Origin: Bacteroidales bacterium
Lineage (GTDB): Bacteria; Bacteroidota; Bacteroidia; Bacteroidales; FEN-979
Length of the DNA stretch: 64,000 nt
Direction of reading: 5' to 3'
Assembly (NCBI GenBank): GCA_023229525.1
Contig: JALNZC010000002.1
Span: 33,090-97,089 of the forward strand
The position numbers and the translations under genes are program-made. The first letter of the stretch is position 1; each line of letters opens with the position of its first letter. Below the pieces are notes generated by a model that was given only the letters and a program-made list of their open reading frames with translations, did no database searches and was not told the DNA's origin. Shown here piece by piece: positions 38,826 through 48,420 of this stretch.

Positions 38826-39389
38826 TTATTTTGTTTTCGGTATCCAGCATACTTCCTGGGCGCCAAGATCTTTTCCGGTTTTCCTTGCCAGTACGAACAG
38901 GTAATCGGATAAACGGTTCAAAAAGTGAATTATTATTTCATCCACTGGACTGAATTGGTTCAGACGGATTACAGAACGTTCAGCGCACCTACATACTGTT
39001 CGTGCCACGTGACAAATAGAGACCACCGGATGACCACCTGGAAGGATAAAATGCTGTAATAAAGGAAGTGCTTCATTCATTGCATCAATCTCGTTTTCAA
39101 GCAATATGATGACTTCTTCTTTCAGAATCGGCAAATCACGGACTATTTTATCAGGATCACGGGCAATCAATGCCTCGGCGATGAACAGGTTTTCTTGTAT
39201 GATAAGTAATATCTCGCGGTAATGTGCATCGATATTCTGATCACGGACAAGCCCGATAAAGCTGTTCAATTCATCCAGGTTACCATAAGCTTCCACCCTC
39301 TCGTGACTTTTCGCAACACGAGCCCCACCCAGCAGAGAGGTTTCCCCCTTGTCGCCACCTTTTGTATAAATTTTAAATTTCTCAGCCAT
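38826..39389 (-). CDS. ATP:cob(I)alamin adenosyltransferase, PduO type.
   Basis: KIYTKGGDKGETSL..G.RV.K...RVEAYG..DELNS.IG and FILPGG are PduO-type motifs. I prefer the ATG at 39389 (MAEKF) over the TTG at 39401. Confidence 0.85.
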   Translation of the reverse strand: MAEKFKIYTKGGDKGETSLLGGARVAKSHERVEAYGNLDELNSFIGLVRDQNIDAHYREILLIIQENLFIAEALIARDPDKIVRDLPILKEEVIILLENEIDAMNEALPLLQHFILPGGHPVVSICHVARTVCRCAERSVIRLNQFSPVDEIIIHFLNRLSDYLFVLARKTGKDLGAQEVCWIPKTK

Positions 39390-39403
39390 ATCAAAGTTCA
39401 AAA

Positions 39404-39438
39404 CAGGATGCAGGATGCAAGATACAGGATACAGGATA
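39404..39438. repeat. Tandem heptamer array (CAGGATR family), 5 units, directly upstream of the adenosyltransferase start.
   Basis: caggatg caggatg caagata caggata caggata. Confidence 0.85.
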
Positions 39439-39512
39439 TCGATTATTGTTTATGATTTTCATTATAAATGAATGATAATGAGATTTATGTGTGAGAACAC
39501 AAAGATAAGAAT

Positions 39513-39546
39513 AAATCTAAAATCGTAAATCTAAAATCGTAAATTT
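39513..39546. repeat. Tandem 14-nt repeat (AAATCTAAAATCGT), about 2.4 copies.
   Basis: aaatctaaaatcgt aaatctaaaatcgt aaatttgt. Shares the AATCGTA core with arrays at 34364 and 37129. Confidence 0.75.
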
Positions 39547-39566
39547 GTTATTAAATTGTAAGACCT

Positions 39567-40115
39567 ATGCATGCTTCTATTGATCAACCTTTTATTTTCC
39601 ACCTTCTGGGTGGAGTCGTGCGTTTCATCTTTATATTTGGTGGCGCCTTTTTTCTGCTCTGGTATTATCTTAAGTATTCAAAAAAACTGGTACAATCTGC
39701 TATCACCCCGGATGTTCAAAATATCCTACTTCCTTTGAAGTTGCAGGCATATGAAAGGTTTGTACTTTTCCTTGAGCGTATCCATCCCTCCAATCTTGTG
39801 ATGCGGCTCAACAATCCTGATCTAACATCCGGACAGTTGCAATCACTGCTGGTTCGTACCATCCGCGAAGAATTTGAATACAATCTTTCCCAGCAACTCT
39901 ATGTTTCTACTCATACATGGGAATTGATCAAAAATGCCAAAGAGGAAATGGTGGCGCTGATCAATAAAGCATTCGCCAAAACCGGAGACCAGCTTATGGC
40001 CAACGACCTGGTCAAAACTATTTTTGAGGACGTGATCGAAAAAGGTAAATTACCATCGGAACTGGCACTCGATGAAATTAAGAAAGAGGTAAAAAACCAA
40101 TTTCCACAGAGTTAA
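39567..40115 (+). CDS. Hypothetical protein with one N-terminal transmembrane segment.
   Basis: 182-aa ORF with hydrophobic segment VVRFIFIFGGAFFLLWYYL. No motif recognised. Confidence 0.45.
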   Translation: MHASIDQPFIFHLLGGVVRFIFIFGGAFFLLWYYLKYSKKLVQSAITPDVQNILLPLKLQAYERFVLFLERIHPSNLVMRLNNPDLTSGQLQSLLVRTIREEFEYNLSQQLYVSTHTWELIKNAKEEMVALINKAFAKTGDQLMANDLVKTIFEDVIEKGKLPSELALDEIKKEVKNQFPQS

Positions 40116-40181
40116 TTCAGGTATTCATGCAATTGAACGGGAGATTGTTTGGGAACCTCCGATACTATTCAACAGAGTGGT

Positions 40182-40799
40182 TTATTTTTTAAAGCGGTAA
40201 GCAATTGTAATACTGGCCACCGTATTTGTAAAACCGAAAGAAAAATTACTGGTTGTCATTTCCTGAGAATATGTATTCTGCTCATATTTTACCACACCAT
40301 AAGTGTATACTATGGAAGGATTTATTTCGGCAGAAATCACCAGGACATCATTTACAATATACCCGGCACCAATCTGCAATGAAACGAGCGGTGAAACTGA
40401 CCACATTGTAGTTTTGGAGTCATTTACGTATCCTTCTTGCTGGTTTTTCCCAAAGCTATAACTGCATCCGCCATCAAGTCCCCAAAGGAAATATAAGCTT
40501 TTTACAAGTGGAATTCTTCGTTCAAAGCCAAGGCGAATACCAACCCCGCAGTTTGTCAGTTTGTTATCCAATGAATCCTCCTTGCGACCCCAACTTTTAT
40601 TCAATCCGAGATTCAGGGATAGCAGACTCAGTCTGAACATGGTATTGGATTTGCCTGTTTTGTAGTTGATCCCGAATGAGTTTAAACCGGAAAAGTTCAA
40701 ACCGATTTCATGGTTGCGTAAGGGTTTTTCAGTTTGTCCGATGCTTAGCAATGGGAAGCAAAATACTAAAATTAAAACTGCAATAAATAGTCTTTTCAT
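40182..40799 (-). CDS. Outer-membrane beta-barrel protein.
   Basis: Signal peptide MKRLFIAVLILVFCFPLLSIGQ. Alternating hydrophobic beta-strand pattern and a C-terminal aromatic residue (..IAYRFKK). Confidence 0.55.
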   Translation of the reverse strand: MKRLFIAVLILVFCFPLLSIGQTEKPLRNHEIGLNFSGLNSFGINYKTGKSNTMFRLSLLSLNLGLNKSWGRKEDSLDNKLTNCGVGIRLGFERRIPLVKSLYFLWGLDGGCSYSFGKNQQEGYVNDSKTTMWSVSPLVSLQIGAGYIVNDVLVISAEINPSIVYTYGVVKYEQNTYSQEMTTSNFSFGFTNTVASITIAYRFKK

Positions 40800-40847
40800 G
40801 AGATTAGGTTGTTGGTTTGAATTATCGGGTTAGTTGTAATATGAAAA

Positions 40848-41684
40848 TCAATGATGTTTCAGCCTGTAATGGTACTGATATATTTCGGAAAAACCAAACT
40901 TTTTATATAATTTTATTGCGGGGATATTATCAGTGAGTACCTGCAAATATGCTATTTCTGCACCCTGATTTCTTCCCCATTGCAGAATATTTGCTACAAT
41001 CCGCATTCCCAGACCGGTATTCCGATAAGGTTGACCTACAACAATATCAAATAACCCGAGAAAATTTCTTTCCAGCACCCCCAATCCAACACCAAGCGTA
41101 TTATCTCCCTGCATTACAGAAACCAGGCATTTCGGAGTGAGTGTTTGTTCCATGATATTTATATAGGATGACTTCCGTGAAGGATCAAATCCGTTCATAC
41201 GGATAAATTCATCGAGCCAACGAACATTTATGGTTTCTTCTATTGTTACTTTAACAGTTTCCGGATGATGAACGTTTTCAGGTTGGGGCGGCTTTGAAGG
41301 ATCACAATTTTTTAACCCATCAAGCATACCGGACTCCTTCCTGTTCGCTTCATCCGTTGACACATTGTTCAGAACAGAAAATTGAAGGATTTGAAAAGAG
41401 ATATGGGAATGAATAAAGTAGCCCCGTTTTTCAAGCCGCAGATCGATATCCTGTGGATCAGCGATGGATGTTATTTTAAAACATGGTGCAATGCCCTGAT
41501 TTGTATACAGGCCTTCGCAAAAAGTGATCTTTTCATCAGGATCGATCGTAGAAGGATAGAGCATATTCACACTGTTGGAGCGTTTGGTCACACCGTTTGC
41601 AAATCGCAGAAGCCATCCGTCGTATTGCAAGGTTTGCAGGGCCGGCCAAGCGTTGTTGGAGATCTCTTCAAACCGCCGGATCAT
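40848..41684 (-). CDS. GNAT family N-acetyltransferase.
   Basis: The C-terminal VVGQPYRNTGLGMRIV...AYLQV...N..A..LYKKFGF matches the acetyl-CoA-binding motif A. Confidence 0.75.
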   Translation of the reverse strand: MIRRFEEISNNAWPALQTLQYDGWLLRFANGVTKRSNSVNMLYPSTIDPDEKITFCEGLYTNQGIAPCFKITSIADPQDIDLRLEKRGYFIHSHISFQILQFSVLNNVSTDEANRKESGMLDGLKNCDPSKPPQPENVHHPETVKVTIEETINVRWLDEFIRMNGFDPSRKSSYINIMEQTLTPKCLVSVMQGDNTLGVGLGVLERNFLGLFDIVVGQPYRNTGLGMRIVANILQWGRNQGAEIAYLQVLTDNIPAIKLYKKFGFSEIYQYHYRLKHH

Positions 41685-41687
41685 AAT

Positions 41688-41778
41688 GAAAACTTAAAAC
41701 TTAAAGTGTAAAGCTCAAAACTTTATTTCAAAAGTCAAAACAATTGATTTATCCTTAAATCCTCAAATCTTCAAATTT
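41688..41778. repeat. Degenerate 7-nt (AAAACTT/AAAGTCA) and 8-nt (ATCYTYAA) tandem repeats between the GNAT and alkylation-repair genes.
   Basis: gaaaact taaaact taaagtg taaagct caaaact ... atccttaa atcctcaa atcttcaa. Confidence 0.6.
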
Positions 41779-42487
41779 TCCCCCGTTTGAATCGCTGTTT
41801 CCCTTCTGGGGTCATCTTTTCACATGCATACTGAAAAATAAGCCTCGGTGAAGTATCTTTGTATTTCAATAAAAAAAATTCGGCAGGTTCTGGCTGTTTT
41901 TTCCAGGCTTCGCGCAGGAACCAGCCAAGTCCCTGATGTACTTCACGTTCGGGATCTTGCATCAGGGGTGCAATGAACTGGAACCAGGGTTGAAAATCAC
42001 TGGAAAGTTTCATTGGTTTGATCAGGCTGACGGCAGCCGCTCTTCGCTGGAATTTATTCTTAGCCGAACGCCAACCGGCAATACTATCCAAGGTTATGAA
42101 CTCTTTTTTAAAAAAGAGCGCCATGATTTCTCCACAGATATAATCGGTATGTGCCCAGTTTGTAATGCCTATCGAAAACCAGCTTTCCACATCTTTAAAG
42201 GTATCGGGGGTCCACTGTTTGTGTAATTTCAGTGTCATCAGAATGGCCATGCTCACCTCTTCATATTTGGGAGACTTCACAAGGATCTCCGCCATAGATA
42301 AAACAGAAGGAAGATCCATTCCGGGCAATGCAAGGATTTCAGCCACTTTGGCCTCGAACATTCCGGAAGGTAACCCCCAGCCATTGTACCCCTCTTTAAA
42401 ATAACGGGAATATTTCTGAACAATGGCAGGATCGGAATGCTCCATGCAAAATTCACGGAAGTTGTGGATGATTTCGTTAGTGTTCAT
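41771..42487 (-). CDS. DNA alkylation repair protein (AlkD-like HEAT-repeat family).
   Basis: MNTNEIIHNFREFCMEHSDPAIVQKYSRYFKEGY... resembles the family N-terminus. The ORF-track start at 42610 reads through a heptamer array, so I prefer the ATG at 42487. Confidence 0.65.
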   Translation of the reverse strand: MNTNEIIHNFREFCMEHSDPAIVQKYSRYFKEGYNGWGLPSGMFEAKVAEILALPGMDLPSVLSMAEILVKSPKYEEVSMAILMTLKLHKQWTPDTFKDVESWFSIGITNWAHTDYICGEIMALFFKKEFITLDSIAGWRSAKNKFQRRAAAVSLIKPMKLSSDFQPWFQFIAPLMQDPEREVHQGLGWFLREAWKKQPEPAEFFLLKYKDTSPRLIFQYACEKMTPEGKQRFKRGKI

Positions 42488-42499
42488 AGGCTGGGTGTT

Positions 42500-42576
42500 G
42501 GATGCAGGATGCAGGATGCAGGATACAGGATACAGGATACAGGATACAGGATACAGGATACAGGATGCAGGATGCT
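42500..42576. repeat. Tandem heptamer array, 11 units (GGATGCA x3, GGATACA x6, GGATGCA, GGATGCT), between alaS and the alkylation-repair gene.
   Basis: Counted directly: 77 nt of uninterrupted 7-nt periodicity. Confidence 0.95.
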
Positions 42577-42655
42577 GGGGACAAGATGTAAAATAATTAA
42601 GAGCTATCAAATTTAGTAAATCTAAAACAAACAGATATAGTATACAACACGATTG

Positions 42656-45357
42656 TTATTCCGCAAGGTACTCCCGTGCTTTTTCCAATGCCTTAGGTAT
42701 TCCTGCCGGATTTTTTCCACCGGCCGTGGCAATGTGGGGTTGTCCGCCGCCACCGCCCTGGATCTCTTTAGCCAATTCCCGGATGATTTTCCCGGCATGC
42801 AGATCATGTTCCTTTACTAAATTATCAGCAAGCATAACGGTAAGCGAAGCTTTGCCTCCGTTTTCGGAAGCAAACACAAGAAATAAATTGGGGATTGCGC
42901 GATTCAGCTCATGGGCCAGGTTCTTAACAGTTTCGGCATCAAGATCAACAAGGACAGCAAGGAAGTTGATTCCATTAATGGATTGCACCTGTGTTATATA
43001 CTCTTCTTTGAGTTGGTGCAGCTTTAATTTCCCCAATTCAGCCACCTGGCGTCTCAACTCCTGGTTTTCTTCCTGTAGATTCTTAACGCCTTTTATAAGG
43101 TCTTTCGGATTTTTCAGCAGTTCGCCCACTTCGTCCAGAAGTGTTTCTTTCGCATTCCAGTATTTTTCTGCTTTTTCGGCAGTGATTGCTTCAATCCTTC
43201 GGATTCCAGCAGCGATGGCGCCTTCGGATATGATTTTAAACATTCCGATTTGCCCGGTCGCTGCAACGTGGGTTCCTCCGCAAAGTTCAACGGAGTAATC
43301 AGGATCAAAAACGATAACGCGAACAAGGTCACCGTATTTCTCACCAAACAGTGCCATGGCTCCCATTTCACGCGCTTTCTCAATGGGAATTGCCCGTTCT
43401 TCCTTCAGGATGATATTCTCACGGATTTTGGCATTCACCAGCGTTTCCACTTTCGTGATTTCTTCCTTTGTCATCCTGGCGAAATGAGTGAAATCGAACC
43501 GGAGATGCTGATCATCGACAAGCGATCCTTTTTGTTCGACATGGGTACCCAGAATATTTCTCAGAGCAGCATGTAACAAGTGGGTCGCCGAATGGTTGTT
43601 GGCTGTATTTGTACGTTTTACAGTATCAACCCTGGCATCAACCGGCAAATTCGGATTGCTGAAAATGGAGGGTGTAATATGTATGAAAAGTTCATTTTCT
43701 TTGAGGGTATCCAATACTTCGAGTTTTTCTTCCCCCGATACCAGCCAACCCTTGTCGCCTACCTGACCACCGATTCCGCATAAAAAGGGGTTTTATCCAA
43801 AACGATGTGATAATGCTCCCGGCCTTTGGTTGTAACCATGCGGAATTTGGTGATTCTGGAGTTAGTTTCCAACATATCGTATCCTTTAAATTCTGACATT
43901 CCGGCATCGCTTACTAAAACAGTCCAATCGGATGCATCCAATGTAGCATCCTGCCGCGAACGGGCTTTTTGTTCCTCCAATCCTTTTTTAAACCCTTCCA
44001 TATCGACCGTCCACCCGAATTCCCGGGCCATGAGTTGCGTTAGATCGATGGGAAACCCGAACGTATCATAAAGTTCAAAGGCAAAAGCACCCGAAATAGC
44101 TGGTGAGCTGGTGAACTGGTGAGTTGGTGAGCCAATGAGTTGTTCAGTTTTGAAATTTGAATCGAGGTTTTGAATTTTGAGTTTTGAGTTTTGAACTGAC
44201 TCAACATAATTATTAAACCGTTGAATCCCTGCGGAAAGTGTTCTCATGAAAGCGGCTTCTTCTTCACGGACCACATTGTTTATCAACTTTTGTTGTGCAA
44301 TAAGTTCGGGAAAAAACGGACCCATTTGGGCGACCAGAACGGGAAGCAACCTGTAAAGGAATGGTTCTTTGATCCCGAGAAACGTATATCCATAGCGAAC
44401 TGCCCGCCGGAGGATGCGACGGATCACATAACCTGCTTTCACGTTCGATGGCAATTGTCCGTCGGCAATTGCAAAAGCTACGGCACGCAAGTGATCGGCT
44501 ATGACCCGCATAGCGATATCGGCTTTGGGATCTTTGCTGTATTCTATCCCCGCCTTCAACGCAATAGCTTGTATAATGGGTTGGAATACATCGGTATCGT
44601 AATTTGACTTTTTACCCTGCAACACCATACACAGGCGTTCGAATCCCATACCGGTATCAACATGTTTGTCCGGCAGTGGAACTAATTTTCCGTCCGACTG
44701 ACGGTTAAATTCGATGAATACAAGGTTCCATATTTCGATAACAAACGGGTTCCCGGTATTGACAAGTGAGGCGCCCGGGATTTTATTACGGTCAGCATCT
44801 TCGCGGATATCAGCATGAATTTCCGAACAAGGGCCGCAGGGACCCGTATCACCCATCTCCCAGAAATTATCTTTTTTTGATCCGAACAGGATTTGTTCCT
44901 CTGGAATCATGGCTTTCCAGTACCCAAAGGCATCATCATCCCGTGACAATCCTTCGGTTTCATCCCCTTTAAAAACAGTAACATACAATCGTGTTTTATC
45001 AATTTTCAGGACTTCTGTCAGCAGTTCCCATCCCCAGGAAATGGCTTCTTTTTTAAAATAATCTCCAAATGACCAATTACCAAGCATCTCGAACATGGTA
45101 TGGTGATAAGTGTCATGGCCTACTTCCTCCAGATCGTTGTGTTTTCCCGACACCCGAAGACATTTCTGAGTATCGGCAATCCGCTTGAATTTAGCTTCCC
45201 GGTTACCAAGGAAAATATCCTTGAATTGGTTCATGCCGGCATTGGTGAACATCAAAGTAGGATCGTTTTTTATCACCATGGGGGCCGAGGCGACAATTTC
45301 ATGTTGCTTCGACCTGAAAAATTCGAGAAAGGTCTGTCGGATACTTGTAGAATCCAT
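42656..45357 (-). CDS. alaS: Alanine--tRNA ligase, split into two ORFs (43759-45357 and 42656-43714) by an apparent 1-nt deletion near 43770.
   Basis: N-terminal part: FF..K.H....S..V...[15 protein letters not shown]. The upstream ORF ends ...[10 protein letters not shown]. Shifting one base restores the canonical [13 protein letters not shown] and runs into the downstream ORF, which has [12 protein letters not shown] and a C-terminal DHHA1-like GGGG region. Confidence 0.9.
44099..44196. repeat. In-frame 8-nt (GYTGGTGA) and 7/8-nt (TTTTGAR) tandem repeat arrays inside alaS.
   Basis: gctggtga gctggtga actggtga gttggtga gccaatga ... ttttgaattttgagttttgagttttgaac. Sense translation is [33 protein letters not shown]. 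Confidence 0.85.
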
Positions 45358-45438
45358 CTAATTATAAGATTAACAATTCGTTAACAATCTTTAACATTTT
45401 TTAAAAACCCCAAACGGCTGCAAAGTTAATTATTTACT

Positions 45439-45446
45439 TAATTTTG
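45439..45446 (+). promoter_or_regulatory. Bacteroidota -7 box (TAnnTTTG).
   Basis: TAATTTTG lies 47 nt upstream of the ATG at 45493. Confidence 0.35.
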
Positions 45447-45492
45447 TAGACGTTAGCTTGCCTGTTTTGATTAATTCTTTATTTAGCTATTG

Positions 45493-46467
45493 ATGAGCAA
45501 AGTAAAGTACAAATTCAATAAAAAATTATTAACTTTCGACCGGGTGCATACAACATTCCGGAAGAGGTTGTTGTATTTTTTCTCGCATTTATCAACAGGT
45601 GTTGTGTTTGCCGCAGCTGTGCTTATCCTGGCCTATAATTTTCTGGATTCTCCAAAGGAAAAGGCACAGAAACGGGAAATTGATGAATTAAAACTCCAAT
45701 ACCAGATTCTGAATGATCAGCTTGACAGGGCAACAAAGATAATGGCCGATTTGCAGGACCGGGATGATAATATTTACCGGGTGATTTTCGAAGCAGAGCC
45801 GATCCCGAATTCCATCCGGGAAGCGGGTATCGGTGGAATTGACCGATATGAGCCTCTGAAAGGCTATTCCAATTCTGATGTCGTAATCGAAACAGCAAAG
45901 AAAATGGACAGGATACTGGGAAAGCTTTATGTTCAGTCAAAATCTTTTGATGAAGTTTTTGGCCTTGCTAAAAATAAGGAAAAGATGCTGGCATGTATCC
46001 CGGCCATTCAGCCAGTGAACAATAAAGATTTGAGAAGGATCGGCTCTTATTTTGGCACCCGGATGGATCCTTTTTATAAAGTCAGGAAATTTCATGAAGG
46101 GATGGATTTTTCGGCATCGGTTGGTACCGAGATTTATGCAACCGGAAATGGTATCATTGTTGATGCCGGCCGGGATACCCAGGGAGGATATGGTAATGAA
46201 ATAATCATTGATCATGGTTATAATTATAAAACAGTGTATGCCCATCTTTCAAGGATTTTTGTTAAATCAGGTCAAAAAATATTGCGTGGACAAATCATTG
46301 GATATGTCGGCAACACTGGAAAATCAACATCCCCGCATCTCCATTATGAGGTACGGAGAAACGGCGTACCATTAAATCCTATTTATTTCTTTTTCAATGA
46401 TTTAACATCAGAGCAATTTCAGATGATGTTGGACCTTTCTTCCCGGCCTTCTCAAACCATGGACTAA
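45493..46467 (+). CDS. M23 family metallopeptidase (peptidoglycan endopeptidase) with an N-terminal membrane anchor and coiled coil.
   Basis: HEGMDFSA (HxxxD) and GNTGKSTSPHLHYEV (HxH) zinc-ligand motifs. ATG at 45493, one codon after the track's TTG. Confidence 0.9.
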   Translation: MSKVKYKFNKKLLTFDRVHTTFRKRLLYFFSHLSTGVVFAAAVLILAYNFLDSPKEKAQKREIDELKLQYQILNDQLDRATKIMADLQDRDDNIYRVIFEAEPIPNSIREAGIGGIDRYEPLKGYSNSDVVIETAKKMDRILGKLYVQSKSFDEVFGLAKNKEKMLACIPAIQPVNNKDLRRIGSYFGTRMDPFYKVRKFHEGMDFSASVGTEIYATGNGIIVDAGRDTQGGYGNEIIIDHGYNYKTVYAHLSRIFVKSGQKILRGQIIGYVGNTGKSTSPHLHYEVRRNGVPLNPIYFFFNDLTSEQFQMMLDLSSRPSQTMD

Positions 46468-46481
46468 CGGAACTTCGGTTG

Positions 46482-46817
46482 ATGCTAAAAACAAACAAGA
46501 AAATAGAAAAAATCTACTATTCCATTGGGGAAGTGGCTGAATTATTTGAGGTAAACACGTCGCTCATCCGATTTTGGGAGAAAGAATTTGATATTTTACA
46601 GCCACAAAAAAACAAAAAGGGAAACCGGTTATTTACCCGGCAGGATTTAAATAACCTTCGTATCATTTATCATCTGGTGAAGGAGAGGGGGTATACGTTG
46701 CAGGGAGCAAAAGAAAAGCTTCGACAGAATAAAGAGGATGTTGGGAAACAGGTGGAGATCATCGATTCTCTTAATCAGATCAAGGGCTTCCTGCTTGATT
46801 TGAAAGAACAGATGTAA
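46482..46817 (+). CDS. MerR family transcriptional regulator.
   Basis: YSIGEVAELFEVNTSLIRFWEKEF is a MerR-type helix-turn-helix. Length is about 111 aa. Confidence 0.8.
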   Translation: MLKTNKKIEKIYYSIGEVAELFEVNTSLIRFWEKEFDILQPQKNKKGNRLFTRQDLNNLRIIYHLVKERGYTLQGAKEKLRQNKEDVGKQVEIIDSLNQIKGFLLDLKEQM

Positions 46818-47170
46818 TGCGGGAAACATCGATGCCGGGTTCAGCTTCATTTTTTGAAAATGTTTATGATGTCGTTCGTCAAATCCCGGCCGGCCGGGTC
46901 ACATCGTATGGAGCAATTGCAGAATATCTGGGGTTGCGGGGGTCAGCCAGGATGGTTGGCTGGGCGATGAATGCAGCCCAGACACCGGACAACGATGTTC
47001 CTGCACACCGGGTAGTGAACCGAAACGGGATGCTTACCGGAAAACATCATTTCGGTGGTCCGTTGATAATGCAGCAACTTCTTGAGAGTGAGAATATAGA
47101 GATCATTGATGACCAGGTGGTACGGTTCGGTGAATTGTTTTGGGATCCGGCTAAGGAGTTGACAAGTTAA
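46817..47170 (+). CDS. MGMT-family DNA-binding protein lacking the acceptor cysteine (alkyltransferase-like, ATL).
   Basis: IPAGRVTSYGAIA and VPAHRVVNRNG, where PAHR replaces the catalytic PCHR. The start ATG overlaps the MerR stop (TAATG). Confidence 0.75.
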   Translation: MRETSMPGSASFFENVYDVVRQIPAGRVTSYGAIAEYLGLRGSARMVGWAMNAAQTPDNDVPAHRVVNRNGMLTGKHHFGGPLIMQQLLESENIEIIDDQVVRFGELFWDPAKELTS

Positions 47171-47209
47171 AAGTGAAAAGTGATAATGGATTTATTAAGT
47201 GAATTGCAC

Positions 47210-47265
47210 AACATCCTATATCCTGTATCGTGTATCCTGTATCCCGTATCCTGTATCCAGCGTCC
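47210..47265. repeat. Tandem heptamer array (NGTATCC family), 8 units, between the ATL gene and mrp.
   Basis: aacatcc tatatcc tgtatcg tgtatcc tgtatcc cgtatcc tgtatcc agcgtcc. Confidence 0.9.
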
Positions 47266-47271
47266 TTTTTT

Positions 47272-47279
47272 TAATTTTG
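47272..47279 (+). promoter_or_regulatory. Bacteroidota -7 box (TAnnTTTG).
   Basis: TAATTTTG lies 14 nt upstream of the ATG at 47293, immediately after the heptamer array. Confidence 0.4.
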
Positions 47280-47292
47280 TAGATGACATAAT

Positions 47293-48384
47293 ATGAATAT
47301 AGAAATAAATATCTCCCAAATAACTGAAGCGTTACGACATGTTGATGATCCCGATCTCCATCAAGACCTGGTAACGCTCAAAATGATCGAAAATATTCAG
47401 ATCGAGAGTCCGGTCGTCCGTTTTGATGTTGTACTCACAACACCGGCTTGCCCGCTGAAAAACCAGATCCGACAAACCTGTATCGATGCTATCCATCAAT
47501 ATGTACATCCTGAGGTGGAAGTAGTTATAAACATGACTTCCCGGGTCACTTCAAGACGAAAAGAGACTGATTTGATGCTGAAAGATGTAAAGAATATTAT
47601 CGCCGTTGGATCCGGCAAAGGGGGTGTCGGAAAATCGACTGTGGCTGTAAATCTCGCAGTTGCCCTGTCTCAAACGGGTGCCCGCGTAGGCCTCATAGAT
47701 GCTGATATTTACGGACCTTCTGTCCCGATGATGTTCGGGATGGTCAATGAGCGCCCAAAGGGTTTCGATAAGGATGGAAAAACATTTGTCTATCCGTTTG
47801 AAAGGTTCGGAATTAAAATATTATCCATAGGATTTTTTGTCGATCAATCGAAAGCCCTGATATGGCGAGGTCCGATGGCTTCGATGGCTCTGCGTCAGCT
47901 TTTTACGGATGCAGAATGGGGTACACTCGATTACATGATCGTTGACCTTCCACCCGGAACCGGCGATATTCCACTGACCCTGGTCCAGGATTTCCCACTC
48001 ACAGGCGCGATCATTGTGAGTACTCCGCAAGAAGTCGCTATTGCTGACGTGCGAAAAGCGGCCGATATGTTCCGTAATGATAAAATCCACATCCCGGTGC
48101 TCGGATTGGTCGAAAATATGTCATACTTTTCGCCACCTGATCAACCTGAGAAAAAGTATTATATCTTTGGTATGGGAGGATGCCGTAAATTTGCTGCAGA
48201 ATTGAATATTCCTTTGCTGGGGCAAATACCGATCGTTGCTGCCATTGCCGAATCAGGTGATGCCGGAAATCCGGTTGCGACCGATCCGGAATCCCCGATA
48301 ACCGCTACTTTTAATGAGTTGGCCGAAAAAGTAGCACAACAGATAGCGATAAGCAATACAATAAGGGAATCATTTGAAAATTGA
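47293..48384 (+). CDS. apbC: Mrp/NBP35-family iron-sulfur cluster carrier ATPase.
   Basis: N-terminal DUF59-like V.DP.L..DLV.L. The deviant Walker A is GSGKGGVGKST. Length is 363 aa. Confidence 0.9.
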   Translation: MNIEINISQITEALRHVDDPDLHQDLVTLKMIENIQIESPVVRFDVVLTTPACPLKNQIRQTCIDAIHQYVHPEVEVVINMTSRVTSRRKETDLMLKDVKNIIAVGSGKGGVGKSTVAVNLAVALSQTGARVGLIDADIYGPSVPMMFGMVNERPKGFDKDGKTFVYPFERFGIKILSIGFFVDQSKALIWRGPMASMALRQLFTDAEWGTLDYMIVDLPPGTGDIPLTLVQDFPLTGAIIVSTPQEVAIADVRKAADMFRNDKIHIPVLGLVENMSYFSPPDQPEKKYYIFGMGGCRKFAAELNIPLLGQIPIVAAIAESGDAGNPVATDPESPITATFNELAEKVAQQIAISNTIRESFEN

Positions 48385-48420
48385 TAACTTAACCCGACCT
48401 AACTGATAATTCCAATAAAT

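Noticed and set aside
42500-42576. Short direct-repeat arrays considered as CRISPR arrays (also 8671-8760, 47210-47265 and 52426-52545).
   Set aside because: The units are 7-16 nt and directly abutting, with no unique spacers. No cas genes are in the window. These are tandem repeats, not CRISPR.
42488-42610. N-terminal extension of the AlkD-like ORF (MIALNYFTSCPQHPASCILYPVSCILYPVSCILHPASNTQP).
   Set aside because: The extension is the translated heptamer array. The family-typical N-terminus starts at the internal ATG (42487), so I called the shorter CDS.
42726-43298. 190-aa plus-strand ORF antisense to the alaS C-terminal half.
   Set aside because: The translation is low-complexity (Ser/Phe/Arg-rich), and the opposite strand encodes unmistakable AlaRS motifs.
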